DNA of 64,000 bases from an uncultured Acidobacteriota bacterium (GTDB lineage Bacteria; Acidobacteriota; Vicinamibacteria; Fen-336). How positions within the stretch are numbered: position 1 is the first letter of the stretch; each line of letters begins with the position of its first letter. Position numbers and translations under genes: made by a program. The notes beneath the pieces were generated by a model. The model ran no database searches. It was given only the letters and a program-made list of their open reading frames with translations, and was not told the origin of the DNA. The stretch lies in assembly GCA_963720545.1 (NCBI GenBank), contig OY970399.1, positions 2,656,001-2,720,000 of the forward strand, written 5' to 3'. Shown here piece after piece: positions 52,712-64,000 of the stretch.

Positions 52712-53445
52712 GCACCACCTCCGCACCGGCCTGGGCCCAGCCGTCCGAGCCGCGGCGGCGCGTCCTCATCATCGAGGACGACGCCGACATCGCCGAAGCC
52801 ATTGCCCACCAGCTCGAGAAGGTGTCGCTGCAGCCGATCGTGGCGCGCACCGGCGAGGAAGGGCTGCAGCTGGTGCAGCGCGGCACCGACCTGGTGGTGC
52901 TCGACCTCAACCTGCCCGGCATGGACGGCCTCGAGGTGTGCCGCACCATCCGCCGCCAGCCGCTCGGCGCGCGGCTGCCGATCGTGATGGTGTCGGCGCG
53001 CGCCGACGAGAGCGACCGCATCCTCGGCCTCGAGATGGGCGCCGACGACTACGTCGTCAAGCCGTTCAGCCTCAAGGAACTGGCGGCGCGCTGCCGTGCC
53101 GCGCTGCGCAAGACCGAGGCCGCGCGCGGCGACGCCCCCGGCTATCGCGACGCCAACTTCGACGTCGACTACGAGTCGTACATCGCGCGCCACCGCGGCC
53201 GCGAGCTGCGGCTCACGCACAAGGAGTTCGCACTCTTCCGCTGCCTGCTCGAGCGCCCCGGCAAGATCCTCACTCGCGAACGCCTGCTCGACCGGGTCTG
53301 GGGCTGCGCCAGCGACGTCGAGACGCGCAGCGTCGACGCCCACATCCGCCGGCTGCGCATCAAGCTCGGCGATGCGCGCGACCACGTCGAGACCATCGTC
53401 GGCATCGGCTACCGCTTCATCGTCGCGCCGACACCCGGCGCATAG
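52708..53445 (+). CDS. OmpR/PhoB-family response regulator (likely PhoB/PhoP)
   Basis: IIEDD, LDLNLPGMDG, GADDYVVKPF, winged helix with RSVDAHIRRLR and TIVGIGY. GTGA overlap with phoU. Confidence 0.9.
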   Translation: MSTTSAPAWAQPSEPRRRVLIIEDDADIAEAIAHQLEKVSLQPIVARTGEEGLQLVQRGTDLVVLDLNLPGMDGLEVCRTIRRQPLGARLPIVMVSARADESDRILGLEMGADDYVVKPFSLKELAARCRAALRKTEAARGDAPGYRDANFDVDYESYIARHRGRELRLTHKEFALFRCLLERPGKILTRERLLDRVWGCASDVETRSVDAHIRRLRIKLGDARDHVETIVGIGYRFIVAPTPGA

Positions 53446-54075
53446 CTACGGCTTCCTGAGGTTCCTCAGGATGCCCATGTGCATGTTGCGGGTCGCCTCG
53501 GCGTCGCGCCGCGCCGCGCGCACTTCCTCGTAGAACGCGAGATCGGTGTGCGCGGCATCCACCGCGCTCAGCACGTACTGGCCGCAGAGATGGCGGATGT
53601 GGCCGGTGCCCGACACCTTCTGGTAAGAGGCGACGATGCGCCGCGGCTCGGCCTCGGTGCCTTCGGTGAGCACGAAACCCCATGCCTCGCGCCACTCGAT
53701 CGTCATGCGCACCAGCAGCGCGCGCACCCGCACCGCCACGTCCACGTACTGGAACGCAAGGTACCCGGGCTTTGGCTCGGGCGTGCGCTTGAGCGTCGTC
53801 TTGCTCATGTCCTTGAGGCTCTCGTGCTCGAGGATGCGCGCGTAGACGCGGGCGATGGGCGCCGCGATCAACGCGCGTCCGGCGGCCCAGTCGGTGCCGT
53901 CGGCGCGCCGCGCGAACTCGTGCACGTCCGCACCGCCCGCGGCTGCCGCCGGCGGCGGGCGCAGCAGTGCGCTCACCGGCCGCGCGAAGTCGAAGCAGGT
54001 GGCGGGGTCGGCTGCCCCTGCCGCGGGCACGGCGCCAAGCGCCAGCAGGGTGGCAAGCGCGGCGGCCGCCCTCAT
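53446..54075 (-). CDS. Exported hypothetical protein, possible START/SRPBCC fold
   Basis: Signal peptide, ALIAAPIARVY pattern. ATG overlaps the upstream TGA. Confidence 0.6.
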   Translation of the reverse strand: MRAAAALATLLALGAVPAAGAADPATCFDFARPVSALLRPPPAAAAGGADVHEFARRADGTDWAAGRALIAAPIARVYARILEHESLKDMSKTTLKRTPEPKPGYLAFQYVDVAVRVRALLVRMTIEWREAWGFVLTEGTEAEPRRIVASYQKVSGTGHIRHLCGQYVLSAVDAAHTDLAFYEEVRAARRDAEATRNMHMGILRNLRKP

Positions 54076-55451
54076 TCCTGGTCGCCGTCCACGTAGCCGA
54101 GTGAGCGCAGGCGTTCGAGCTCCTCGGCGTCCACGGGCGCACGCGGTCCCGGCGCCACGCCGCGGATCGAAGCCTCGGCGCGCGCCAGTTCGCGGCGCAG
54201 CTCCTCGCGGCTCACGGCATCGACATCGAGCGCCTCGCCCGACCACACGTCGCGGTCGCGCGGCATGAACGCCTCGCGGCGCGGCGGCGTGTCCCACGCC
54301 AGGTAGCGGCTGTCCTTGTAGAGGACGCCGCGCGAGCTCCAGGGCGGCTGCTGCAGCGTGTTGAAGTAAAGAACCCGGTTGCGCGGCGTCGCGCCGCGCA
54401 GGAGATCCTCGCCGCGCAGCCCGGCCGGCGGCTGCGCGCCGACCAGCGCCGCTATCGTCGGGAACAGGTCGAGCAGGCTCGCGGTGTCGGCGCGCCGCGC
54501 CGGCGCGCGGCCCGGCACCTTGACGAGGAGCGGCACGCGCACCAGCGGCAGGTGGATGGCGTCGGAGTGCGCGAACCACTGGCCGTCCTCGCCCAGGCTC
54601 TCGCCGTGGTCGGCGGTGACGATGACTACGCTGCGCTCGGCCAGGCCGCCGCGCGCCATGCGCCGCAACAACTCGCCGATGCTGTGGTCCACGAACGCCA
54701 CTTCGCCTGCGTAGCCGGCGCGGTAGTACGCCGGCTCGCGATGGCCCTCCTGGTACTGGTAGGTCGGGATCGCGTCCTGCCCGTGATGATCCCTGGAGAT
54801 CGGCAGCTGCAGCAGGGCATCCGGCGCCTTCAGCATCCGCGGCAGGTAGCGCGCGCGCAGCTCGTCGGGGGGCAGGTACGGGCCGTGCGGGTCCATGTAG
54901 TGGATCCACAGGAATACCGGTTTCTCCGGCGTTGGCTGCAGGGAATCCAGGAGCGCCGCGGCATCGCTGGTGGTGGCGCGGCTGCGGCGCTCGGCGCCGC
55001 CCGTAAAGCGCACCGGATGCGCGTCGTCATAGGTGTCGAAGCCGGCGTCGAGGCCGCTGGCGCGGCGCACGATGTAGCTGCTGACGACCGCCGCCGTGCG
55101 AAAGCCGCGCGCCTTGAGCCAGCGCGCCAGCGTCATCGCCTGCGGTGCCATCGGCGCGGTGTTGCCGGTGACCCCGACCTCGGCGGGGTAGTGTGAGGTC
55201 ATGATCGCCGCGAGCGACGGCCGCGTCGTGGAGGTGGGCGCGAATGCCGCGTCGAACACCGTCGACTCCGCCGCCAGCTTGTCGAGTGCCGGCGTGATCG
55301 GCGCCTCGAACCCGTACGCGCCGAGGTGATCGGCGCGCAGCGTGTCTACGGTGATGAGCAGGATCAGCGCCGGCCGGGCATGCCTCGCGCCGCAGGCAGC
55401 CAGGCCGAGCGCGGCGAGCATCGCGCCGGCGGCGGCCGGGCGCAGCCTCAA
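54072..55451 (-). CDS. Sulfatase/alkaline-phosphatase-superfamily lipoprotein
   Basis: LAAC lipobox, [44 protein letters not shown]. Start is TTG 55451 or ATG 55421. Confidence 0.85.
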   Translation of the reverse strand: MRLRPAAAGAMLAALGLAACGARHARPALILLITVDTLRADHLGAYGFEAPITPALDKLAAESTVFDAAFAPTSTTRPSLAAIMTSHYPAEVGVTGNTAPMAPQAMTLARWLKARGFRTAAVVSSYIVRRASGLDAGFDTYDDAHPVRFTGGAERRSRATTSDAAALLDSLQPTPEKPVFLWIHYMDPHGPYLPPDELRARYLPRMLKAPDALLQLPISRDHHGQDAIPTYQYQEGHREPAYYRAGYAGEVAFVDHSIGELLRRMARGGLAERSVVIVTADHGESLGEDGQWFAHSDAIHLPLVRVPLLVKVPGRAPARRADTASLLDLFPTIAALVGAQPPAGLRGEDLLRGATPRNRVLYFNTLQQPPWSSRGVLYKDSRYLAWDTPPRREAFMPRDRDVWSGEALDVDAVSREELRRELARAEASIRGVAPGPRAPVDAEELERLRSLGYVDGDQE

Positions 55452-55939
55452 TCGGCGATCTCCCGCAACACTCGCGGCGGCAGGAACCAGACGAGCCGTC
55501 CACCCTCGCCGAGCGGCCCGGGGACGTCGACGAGGGCGGCACCGCCCTTGCGGAAGGCGAGCGCCGCATAGCGCTTCGTGCCCACGAGGCGCGCCAGCAG
55601 CTCCGACATGTGCGGCTCGTGGCCCACCAGCACGATGCCGTCCTTTTCGCCCTCGGCGTCGAGCGCCTTCGCGAGCGGCGCGAACTCGCCGCTCGACAGG
55701 CACTCGAGCAGCTGCGGCTTCGGCCCGCCCCACGCCTCGCGCGCGATCTGCGCCGTCTGGCGGGCGCGCAGCAGCGGGCTCGTGAACAGGGCGTCCGGGG
55801 CGTCGACGAGCCGCGCGAGGCCGCGCGCGGCCTCGGCAAACCGCTCGCGCCCTTCGCGCGTCAGGGGCCGTTCGTCGTCGGCGATGCCCGCCGTGCCTGA
55901 GTCGACGGCGATGGCGTGGCGGATGAGGAGCAGTCGCAT
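55448..55939 (-). CDS. sixA: Phosphohistidine phosphatase SixA family
   Basis: MRLLLIRHAIA, RPLT, TSPLLRARQTA, VGHEP. Confidence 0.88.
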   Translation of the reverse strand: MRLLLIRHAIAVDSGTAGIADDERPLTREGRERFAEAARGLARLVDAPDALFTSPLLRARQTAQIAREAWGGPKPQLLECLSSGEFAPLAKALDAEGEKDGIVLVGHEPHMSELLARLVGTKRYAALAFRKGGAALVDVPGPLGEGGRLVWFLPPRVLREIAD

Positions 55940-56016
55940 CGTTCTCTTGCGAGCGTACACCGCCCGCCCGCGTTTTGGCCGTTGACCTGGCGGCGGTTGC
56001 CGGCGCATAGTGCGCG

Positions 56017-58791
<2,775 letters not shown>

Positions 58792-58824
58792 TGGCCGTAG
58801 TCGTCTCCCTTTGCGGCCGCGCCG

Positions 58825-58850
58825 CGTCACGGGATTGTCACGGGTAGAAT
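58825..58850 (+). promoter_or_regulatory. Candidate response-regulator box (GTCACGGG direct repeat, 11-bp period) and -10 element upstream of ppx-ppk
   Basis: CGTCACGGGATTGTCACGGGTAGAAT, with GTCAC at 58826 and 58837 and TAGAAT at 58845. Confidence 0.55.
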
Positions 58851-58881
58851 CGAGACTCACCGGCACATCTCGTGACCCCCT

Positions 58882-60477
58882 ATGGCCAAGCCCCGGCGTC
58901 GGACAATCACCCGCAAGCCGGCCTCGGAGCCGCCCCCCGAACCGGCGCGCGCCGTTGCCGTTGTCGACATCGGCGCGAGCGCCATCCGCCTGGTCGTGGC
59001 GGAGGCACAGCCGCTGCGCGTGCTCGACGGCGCGACGCGCGCGGTGCAGCTCGGCAAGGACACCTTCACCCATGGCCGGCTCGGCGGCGCCACCATGGAA
59101 GCGGCGCTGAAGGCGCTCGAGGGGTTCCGGCGCATCCTCGACACCTACGGAGTCGTGCGCTACCGCGCGGTCGCGACCAGCGCCGTCCGCGAAGCCTCTA
59201 ACCGCGACACCTTTCTCGACCGCATCCGGCTGCGCACCGGCCTCGACGTCGAGGTCATCGACGGCTCGGAGGAGAACCGGCTCACCTACGTGGCGGTGCG
59301 CGATCAGCTGCGCAGCCACGAAGCGTGGTCGGCCGCGGGCACGCTGCTGGCGGCGGTCGGCGGCGGCAGCGCCGACTTGTCGTTTCTGCGCAAGGGCCAG
59401 CCGCTGCACTCCGGAACCTACGCGCTCGGCTCGATCCGCATGCGCCAGAGCCTGGCGTCGTGGAACGGCAGCCACGAACAGCGGGTGCGCCTGTTGCGCC
59501 GCCACATCCACAACGTGGTCGAGGACATCCGCCGCGCGCTGCCGCTGCGCGAGGTCACGCACCTGGTGGCGCTCGGCGGCGACGCGCGCTTCGCGGCCAC
59601 GCACCTGCTGAAGGAGGAGGCCGAGAGCCACGACGGCGAACTGCTGAGCGTGTCGCGCGACGCCTTCCTCGCCTTCGCCGACCAGCTCGCGGCCGAGGAC
59701 GTCGAGACGCTGGTGGAGCAGCGCCACCTGCCGCTCGCCGAGGCCGAGACGCTGGTGCCGGCGCTGCTCGCCTACCGCGAGCTCCTGACCGAGACCCAGG
59801 CGCAGGCCGTGCTGGTGCCCGACGCGTCGCTGCGCAGCGGCCTGCTCATCGACCTGCTCAACCCGGGGGAAGGCGAAGGCGAAGACTTCGGCGCGCAGGT
59901 GATCGCGGGCGCCACCAGCATCGGCGGCCGCTACGGCTTCGACGCGGCGCACGCGAAGAACGTGGCGGCGCTGGCGGTGCGGGTCTTCGACGAGCTGCGC
60001 ACCGAGCACGGGCTGTCCAACCGCGACCGCCTGCTGCTCGAGGTGGCGGCGCTGCTGCACGACATCGGCATCTTCGTGAACGTGCGCGGCCACCACAAGC
60101 ACTCGCACTACCTGATCTCGGTTTCCGAGATCTTCGGCCTGACGCGCGAGGACCTGGCGGTGGTCGCGAACGTCGCGCGCTACCACCGCCGTGCGCTGCC
60201 GCAGCGCTCGCACGTCGCCTACATGGCGCTCGACAGCGACTCGCGCATCGTCGTCAACAAGCTCGGGGCGATCCTGCGCTTCGCCAATGCCCTGGACGCC
60301 GACCACCTGCAGAAGGTCCGCGACCTGAAGGTGGCGTTCGAGGACGACGGCGTCGTGTTCGAACTCGACGGCTCGGGCGACCTCACCATGGAGCGCCTCG
60401 CCGCCGCCTCGCGCTCCGACCTGATGAGCGAGGTCTTCGGCCGGCGGGTGACCCTGCGCGAGGGAGCACGCGGATGA
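58882..60477 (+). CDS. ppx: Exopolyphosphatase/pppGpp phosphatase (Ppx/GppA) with HD domain
   Basis: VDIGASAIRL, VATSAVREASN, IDGSEE, VGGGS, ALLHDIG...HHKHS. Confidence 0.9.
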   Translation: MAKPRRRTITRKPASEPPPEPARAVAVVDIGASAIRLVVAEAQPLRVLDGATRAVQLGKDTFTHGRLGGATMEAALKALEGFRRILDTYGVVRYRAVATSAVREASNRDTFLDRIRLRTGLDVEVIDGSEENRLTYVAVRDQLRSHEAWSAAGTLLAAVGGGSADLSFLRKGQPLHSGTYALGSIRMRQSLASWNGSHEQRVRLLRRHIHNVVEDIRRALPLREVTHLVALGGDARFAATHLLKEEAESHDGELLSVSRDAFLAFADQLAAEDVETLVEQRHLPLAEAETLVPALLAYRELLTETQAQAVLVPDASLRSGLLIDLLNPGEGEGEDFGAQVIAGATSIGGRYGFDAAHAKNVAALAVRVFDELRTEHGLSNRDRLLLEVAALLHDIGIFVNVRGHHKHSHYLISVSEIFGLTREDLAVVANVARYHRRALPQRSHVAYMALDSDSRIVVNKLGAILRFANALDADHLQKVRDLKVAFEDDGVVFELDGSGDLTMERLAAASRSDLMSEVFGRRVTLREGARG

Positions 60478-62630
60478 CACCGGCGAAGCCGCGGCGCCGC
60501 GAGGTCAAGCAGCCCGAGCTGTTCCTGAACCGCGAGCTCAGCTGGCTCGAGTTCAACCTGCGGGTGCTCGAGGAAGCGGCCGACCCGAGCGTGCCGCTCC
60601 TCGAGCGGCTGAAGTTCGCGACCATCGTCGCCTCGAACCTCGACGAGTTCTACATGGTCCGGGTCGCGGCGCTCAAGCACGCGATCGAGGAGAACGACAT
60701 CGGCCCCGACCCCGCGGGAATGACGCCGGCGCAGCAACTGGCGCAGATCCGTGAGCGGGTGCGCGAGATGCTGGCGCGCCTGCACGAGCAGGCGTTGCGG
60801 CCGGTGCTTGCCGGCCTGGTCGAACGCGGCATCCGCATCGAGAAGCCGGCCGACCTGCCGGCGGCCTCGCGCCAGGCGGTGACGCGCCTGTTCCGCAACG
60901 AGGTGCTGCCGACCCTGACGCCGCTCGCGATCGACTCCTCGCGCCCGTTCCCGATGCTCGCCGGCCTCAGCCTCAACATCGCGCTGCTGCTGGAACCGGC
61001 CGAGGACGACGCCGAGGCGGAGGTGCGCATGGCGGTGGTGCAGGTGCCGCTGCGCTCGTCGCGGCTGGTGCGCGCACCCGGCGCCGAGGGCGCGACCTAC
61101 GTGCTGCTCGAGGACCTGATCCGCGACGAGCTGGGCGCGCTCTTTCCCGGCCAGAAGGTGCGCGAGACGGCGGTGTTCCGCGTCTCGCGCGATGCCGAAC
61201 TCGAGCTCGACGACGAGGGCGGCCGCAGCTTCATGGCGGCGCTCGAGGAGGAGCTGCGCAACCGCCGCCGCAGCAGCGTCGTGCGCCTCGAGGTGCAGGC
61301 CGGGGCGGGCAAGGACATCCTCGAAAGGCTCACGGTGCTGGTGGGCGTCGATCCGGCGGACGTCTACCTCATCGAGGGCCTGCTCGACCCGCGCGTCTTG
61401 TGGCCGCTCACCGACCTGGCCGCGCTCGAAGACCTGCGCGACCCGCCGCTCAAGCCGCTGCCCGGCCTCGAGCCGGACGACCTCGAGGACATCTTCAAGG
61501 TGCTCGACGACCGCACGCTGGTGCTGTTCCACCCCTACGAGTCGTTCGACCCGGTGGTGGCGCTGGTGGCGCGCGCCGCCGAGGACCCCGACGTGCTCGC
61601 GATCAAGCAGACCCTCTACCGCACCGGCGGCGATTCGTCGATCGTCAAGGCGCTGGCGCGCGCGGCCGAGTGCGGCAAGCAGGTGACGGTGCTGGTCGAG
61701 CTGCTGGCGCGCTTCGACGAACAGTCGAACATCGTGTGGGCGCGCAGCCTGGAGGAGGCGGGCGCGCACGTCATCTACGGCATCCGCGGCTTCAAGACCC
61801 ACTCCAAGATCTGCCTGGTGGTGCGCCGCGGCCGCGACGGCATCCGCCGCTACGTGCACCTCGGCACCGGCAACTACAACGAGAAGACCGCGCGCATCTA
61901 CACCGACCTCGGCATGCTCACCTCCGACGATGCCATCGGCGCCGACGCCTCGGCCTTCTTCAACGCGCTCACCGGCTATTCCGACCCGCCGGAGATGCGC
62001 AAGCTGGTGATGGCGCCGACCCGCCTGCGCGACCGGGTGCTGCGGCTGATCGCGCGTGAGAGCGAGCGTGCGCGCTCCGGCCAGCCGGCCGAGATCCGCG
62101 CCAAGGTCAACGCGCTGGTCGACGAGGACATCATCCGCGCGCTCTACGACGCATCGGCTGCCGGCGTGCGCGTGCGCCTCAACGTGCGCGGCATCTGCTG
62201 CCTGCGTCCGTGCGTCAAGGGCGTGAGCGAGAACATCGAGGTGGTGTCGGTGGTCGACCGCTTCCTCGAGCACGCGCGCATCTACCATTTTCACAACGGC
62301 GGCGAAGACGAGGTGTACCTGGCGAGCGCCGACTGGATGCCGCGCAACCTCGACCGCCGCGTCGAGCTGATGTTCCCGGTGGAGGCGCCCGAAGGCCGCG
62401 CCAAGGTGTTGGCCGCACTCGACACGCTGCTGCGCGACAACGTCAAGGCGCGGGTGCTGCAGCCGGACGGCAGCTACAAGCGGCGCAAGCCCGGCAAGGG
62501 CGAGGAGGCGGTGCGGGCGCAGGTGCGCATCCCGCAGGACCTGCAACGCGCGTGGGAGCGGCAGCGGGCGAGCGCGCCGGTGACGCTCGAGCCGGTGACC
62601 GCATTGAAGGCCGCGGCTAAGGCGCGGTAG
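60474..62630 (+). CDS. ppk1: Polyphosphate kinase 1
   Basis: FLNRELSWLEFNLRVL, NLDEFYMVRVA, HPYESF, IKQTLYRT, ARFDE, THSK, GTGNYN, RFLEHAR, SADWMPRNLDRRVE. Confidence 0.96.
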   Translation: MTPAKPRRREVKQPELFLNRELSWLEFNLRVLEEAADPSVPLLERLKFATIVASNLDEFYMVRVAALKHAIEENDIGPDPAGMTPAQQLAQIRERVREMLARLHEQALRPVLAGLVERGIRIEKPADLPAASRQAVTRLFRNEVLPTLTPLAIDSSRPFPMLAGLSLNIALLLEPAEDDAEAEVRMAVVQVPLRSSRLVRAPGAEGATYVLLEDLIRDELGALFPGQKVRETAVFRVSRDAELELDDEGGRSFMAALEEELRNRRRSSVVRLEVQAGAGKDILERLTVLVGVDPADVYLIEGLLDPRVLWPLTDLAALEDLRDPPLKPLPGLEPDDLEDIFKVLDDRTLVLFHPYESFDPVVALVARAAEDPDVLAIKQTLYRTGGDSSIVKALARAAECGKQVTVLVELLARFDEQSNIVWARSLEEAGAHVIYGIRGFKTHSKICLVVRRGRDGIRRYVHLGTGNYNEKTARIYTDLGMLTSDDAIGADASAFFNALTGYSDPPEMRKLVMAPTRLRDRVLRLIARESERARSGQPAEIRAKVNALVDEDIIRALYDASAAGVRVRLNVRGICCLRPCVKGVSENIEVVSVVDRFLEHARIYHFHNGGEDEVYLASADWMPRNLDRRVELMFPVEAPEGRAKVLAALDTLLRDNVKARVLQPDGSYKRRKPGKGEEAVRAQVRIPQDLQRAWERQRASAPVTLEPVTALKAAAKAR

Positions 62631-64000
62631 TCACGGCGCCGCCGGCCTTGCTCCAGGCCGCCATGCCGCCCTCGAGGTTGGTGAGGTCGGTGAAGCCGCG
62701 CGCGGCCAGGATGCTGCACGCGGTGCTGGCGCGATAGCCGCCGGCGCACACCACCACCACCGGGCGCGCCGGGTCGAGCGCCGGCATCTCGGAAGCGAGA
62801 CGGTCGAGCGGCAGGAACGAGGCGTCCGCGATGTGGCCGGCGTCCCACTCGGCGCGGCGGCGCACGTCGAGCACCTGCGGCTTCAGCGGCGCAGCCGCGC
62901 TCAGGCGCGCGGCCAGGGCGCCCGGTGCTGCCACCGCGAACGCGGCGAGCGGCCGGCCCGCGGCGCGCCACGCGTCCATGCCGCCCTCGAGATAGCCCGC
63001 GACGCGCTCGATGCCGACGCGCGCGAGCCGCAGCTGCGCCTGGCGCACCTCGTCCGCGGAGCCGGCCGCCAGCACCACCTGCGCGGTGAGCGGCAGCAGC
63101 GTGCCGGCCCACGACGCGAACTGGCCGTCGAGGCCGATGTTGATCGCGCCGGGCACGTGGCCGGCCGCGAACAGCGCGGCCGTGCGCACGTCGAGCGCCA
63201 CCGCGCCGTCGTCCATGAGGCGGGCGAACTCCGGAGGCGTGAGCGGTGCCGCCGCCGGCAGGTCGGCAAGCGCCACGGCGCCGCCGCGGTTCATCGCAAC
63301 ATCGTGGCCGAAGTAGGACGGCGCTTCGGGCAGGTCCTCCGTCATCAGGCGGACGAAGGCGTCGCGCGCCATCGGCTGCAGCGCGTGGTTGTTGCGGCGC
63401 TGTTCGCCGAGCGTCGACCAGGTTTCCTTCGATATGTTCTTGCCGCACAGCGAGCCGGCGCCGTGCCCGGGATAGACGACGAGGTCGTCGCGCAGCGGCA
63501 GGATCTTGCCGTGCAGCGAATCGAACAGCATGCCGGCCATCGCCTGCGACGAGATGCCGCGTGCGCCGGAGAGGTCGGGCCGGCCGACGTCGCCGATGAA
63601 GAGCGTGTCGCCGGTGAAGATCGCGGTGGGCGCCGCCGCGTCGGGCGCATCGTAGGCGAGCACGCAGATGCTGTCGGGCGTGTGCCCCGGGGTTGCGAGA
63701 AAGCGCAGGCGGGCGTTGCCGAGGGCGAGTTCGTCGCCGTCATCCAGCGCGCGGTGCGCGAACGTCGCCTGCGCCGCGCGGCTCATCAGGATCTGCGCGC
63801 CGGTGCGCGCGGCGAGCTCGCGATGCCCGCTGACGAAGTCGGCGTGCAGGTGCGTCTCGACGACGTACGCGATCTTCAGTCCCTCGCGCTCGGCGAGTGC
63901 GATGTAGTCGTCGACGTCGCGGCGCGGGTCGATCACCGCCGCCACGCCGGAATCGGCGACGAGATAGGACGCCTGCGCGAGGCAGCCCAGGTAGAGCTGT
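62617..64000 (-). CDS. MBL-fold hydrolase/persulfide dioxygenase fused to rhodanese domains; 5' end beyond window
   Basis: LYLGCLAQASY, ETHLHADFVSG, TPGHTP, TGDTLFIGDVGRPD, YPGHGAGSLCG, two rhodanese domains (CAGGYRA). Confidence 0.92.
   Translation of the reverse strand, partial: QLYLGCLAQASYLVADSGVAAVIDPRRDVDDYIALAEREGLKIAYVVETHLHADFVSGHRELAARTGAQILMSRAAQATFAHRALDDGDELALGNARLRFLATPGHTPDSICVLAYDAPDAAAPTAIFTGDTLFIGDVGRPDLSGARGISSQAMAGMLFDSLHGKILPLRDDLVVYPGHGAGSLCGKNISKETWSTLGEQRRNNHALQPMARDAFVRLMTEDLPEAPSYFGHDVAMNRGGAVALADLPAAAPLTPPEFARLMDDGAVALDVRTAALFAAGHVPGAINIGLDGQFASWAGTLLPLTAQVVLAAGSADEVRQAQLRLARVGIERVAGYLEGGMDAWRAAGRPLAAFAVAAPGALAARLSAAAPLKPQVLDVRRRAEWDAGHIADASFLPLDRLASEMPALDPARPVVVVCAGGYRASTACSILAARGFTDLTNLEGGMAAWSKAGGAVTTAP

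Overview
High-GC bacterial DNA. The gene repertoire (ADOP-type permease, Oar-like TonB-receptor-type protein, sulfatase-TPR fusion) suggests Acidobacteriota, but this is inference. Many genes carry indel frameshifts that look like long-read errors. The window has four blocks. (1) 1-14.9 kb is a defence-type island: UvrD/PD-(D/E)XK fusion, sacsin-like ATPase-DUF3883, type III restriction-modification (R-M) genes with in-frame nonsense codons, an IS3-family remnant, an SF2 helicase-nuclease, and GIY-YIG and HNH nucleases. (2) 14.9-30.9 kb holds metabolic and envelope genes, including acs and a small DUF4440 gene bracketed by inverted repeats and twin perfect palindromes. (3) 30.9-44.5 kb is the most interesting block: two Npt/TLC-type nucleotide transporters (one HEAT-fused, followed by a tandem cNMP-binding protein), two exported atypical-kinase-like proteins (one fused to an Omp85-like barrel), two exported metallophosphoesterases, a PLD-fold protein and a DUF4956 membrane protein. 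(4) 44.6-62.6 kb, divergent from block 3, is a phosphate locus: OprO/P porin, pstSCAB, phoU, a phoB-like regulator, sixA, ppx and ppk1, with candidate 11-bp-periodic pho boxes. Blocks 3 and 4 together suggest an undescribed phosphate-regulated extracytoplasmic ATP/polyphosphate phosphotransfer system. No rRNA, tRNA or CRISPR array was recognised.
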